Shown piece by piece: positions 62,469 to 64,000 of a stretch of DNA of 64,000 bases (within the stretch, counting starts at the first letter, position 1; each line of letters opens with the position of its first letter). The position numbers were made by a program, and so were the translations under genes. Below the pieces are notes generated by a model, which had not been told where the DNA came from, ran no database searches, and saw only the letters and a list, made by a program, of their open reading frames with translations. Source of the DNA: Paraphysomonas bandaiensis (lineage: Eukaryota; Protista; Chrysophyceae); NCBI GenBank assembly GCA_965644295.1, contig CBFFRP010000429.1:62001-126000 (forward strand), in the 5' to 3' direction.

Positions 62469-63586
62469 TGAGCTGGTTTGTTATGATTCATATGTATTCA
62501 ACTATGTACGCTTGACGTACCAACTATCGTAGTCACACATTTGTATACTAAATAAATAATGCTGGAATAACCTCGTGGTGTTGATACAGCAGAGTAAACG
62601 TTAGTCTAACGACAATATGCCAGAGATTTTCTTTTAGCTAATTCACTGAAGCATGTGTAAAAATACTATTGGCGAAGAATATGTTGCCTCAATATGAAGT
62701 CACTAACTTGTCTAGTACATGTTAGAAACCTTATTAATATCTAATATATCTTAAGAATTGGAATTAATTATTTAAGTGAACATTTCTCACTCTATACCTA
62801 AGCTGTATTACATAACTTAATGTTAGAGAGACTTCTTAGATAGTCCCAAGTATACAATATAGTGATATCTACTTAGTTGCATATCTCCAGGTAGTGTACT
62901 AATCTCTGATGGTATATGTGTATATGTAGAGCTCAAAATTCATTCAATGAAATTTTAACTTCAGTGAGCTGAAGTTAAACTATTCGACATATATACTAAC
63001 AAACCGCTCTTAGCTTCCCACTTTCTATCCCTCCCTCCTTCTATCTCTCCCTCTGTCTGTATATACATAGAGAGAGCTATCGCTAAAGGTGCATGTATGT
63101 ATAGTATAAGCTCATAACGTGTGATCCACCTCAAGAGGTACTTTGGAAGGTACATCACATGAAGAATAAACGCAATGATGAAATAAGCAGGGAGTAATAT
63201 GCATAGTAGATCGCATGAGTTGGATCATCAGCTCAGTCTCATGTCATCATATCCATGATATCACAGTTACATGCCGCTGCTATATACAGTCATACAGCAT
63301 CTCCATAATGGGGTAAACCGGCCACTATCTAGAAACAGGTATTTTTACCATTTTTAACCCATGAAACACGAAAATTCCAATTTATATTTCTATATGGCTA
63401 GAAAGGTTTGCTTTTAAGGCTGGAGTGTGCATGTACTGGTGTATATGGTGTATATGTATATGTATAGAGAGGAGTGCTGGCAGTAGCTACATATGAGCGA
63501 GATATAACAACATCCATATCACAGTAAACACACAGACACACACCATCCACTACACCACACCTCCTGCAATACCCTACACAATCACA

Positions 63587-64000
63587 ATGGGGTCTTTTAA
63601 CCCTCTGACTTATGTCGAGAATGCACTGGGGTTTCGTTTTCTTGAGGATGCGTTTGTAGATCGCATTAAACAGAAGTACCCTCAATATAATCTCAGTGAC
63701 TCAGAGAGGGCTCATGCTAATAAGATGTGTACAGATAGAGCCACTCTAACTTCACTAGGATTAGGATGTGGTGCATGCATTGGATTTATGCTCACTGCGA
63801 CAGTACTGAAGAAGCGAACCACTGTTGCTAAGATAGCCACTAATATAGCACTGCAGAATGTGGGGTTTATATTTGGATCATATTATGGAGTAGTTGAGTC
63901 ATTCGATTCTTGGATAACTTTTGATAACAGCGCGAAGTTTAACTCATGGACACAAGAATGTATAGTTGAGACGGAGTCAGACCCGAAGGAAGTTAGTTTC
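63587..64000 (+). CDS. Hypothetical 2-TM protein, runs off window end
   Basis: Open frame of 138 codons from ATG 63587 (MGSFNPLTYVENALGFRF...LGLGCGACIGFMLTATVL...). Confidence 0.6.
   Translation, partial: MGSFNPLTYVENALGFRFLEDAFVDRIKQKYPQYNLSDSERAHANKMCTDRATLTSLGLGCGACIGFMLTATVLKKRTTVAKIATNIALQNVGFIFGSYYGVVESFDSWITFDNSAKFNSWTQECIVETESDPKEVSF

Overview
Gene-dense eukaryotic nuclear DNA with short (mostly 45-140 nt) GT-AG introns. It is most consistent with a flagellated stramenopile protist; this is inferred from intron style, WDR92 and a CryptonS-type element. About 24 protein genes can be reconstructed by hand-splicing: MMS19 (5' part), VPS54, WDR92/DNAAF10, eIF2A, an anoctamin, MPDU1, a GH18 protein, an OGFOD3-like oxygenase, RlmN, Hsp20, an ABCB half-transporter and several orphans. 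Mobile DNA comprises an intron-containing tyrosine-recombinase (Crypton-like) element, two non-autonomous hAT elements with 8-bp TSDs, a TA-flanked MITE, two copies of a 5'-truncated retroposon-like sequence (13-bp and 59-bp flanking duplications), long inverted repeats and two ~0.45 kb (TATG)n arrays lying between divergent genes. The most notable items are four unusual domain architectures: an Orai-like 4-TM channel with a C-terminal PH domain, a CDP-alcohol phosphatidyltransferase fused to a PhyH-type Fe(II)/2OG dioxygenase, an ABCB transporter with an internal ZZ/DC1-like zinc finger, and a secreted Cys-repeat protein ending in a J-domain. All family calls are by-eye motif recognition; no searches were run.
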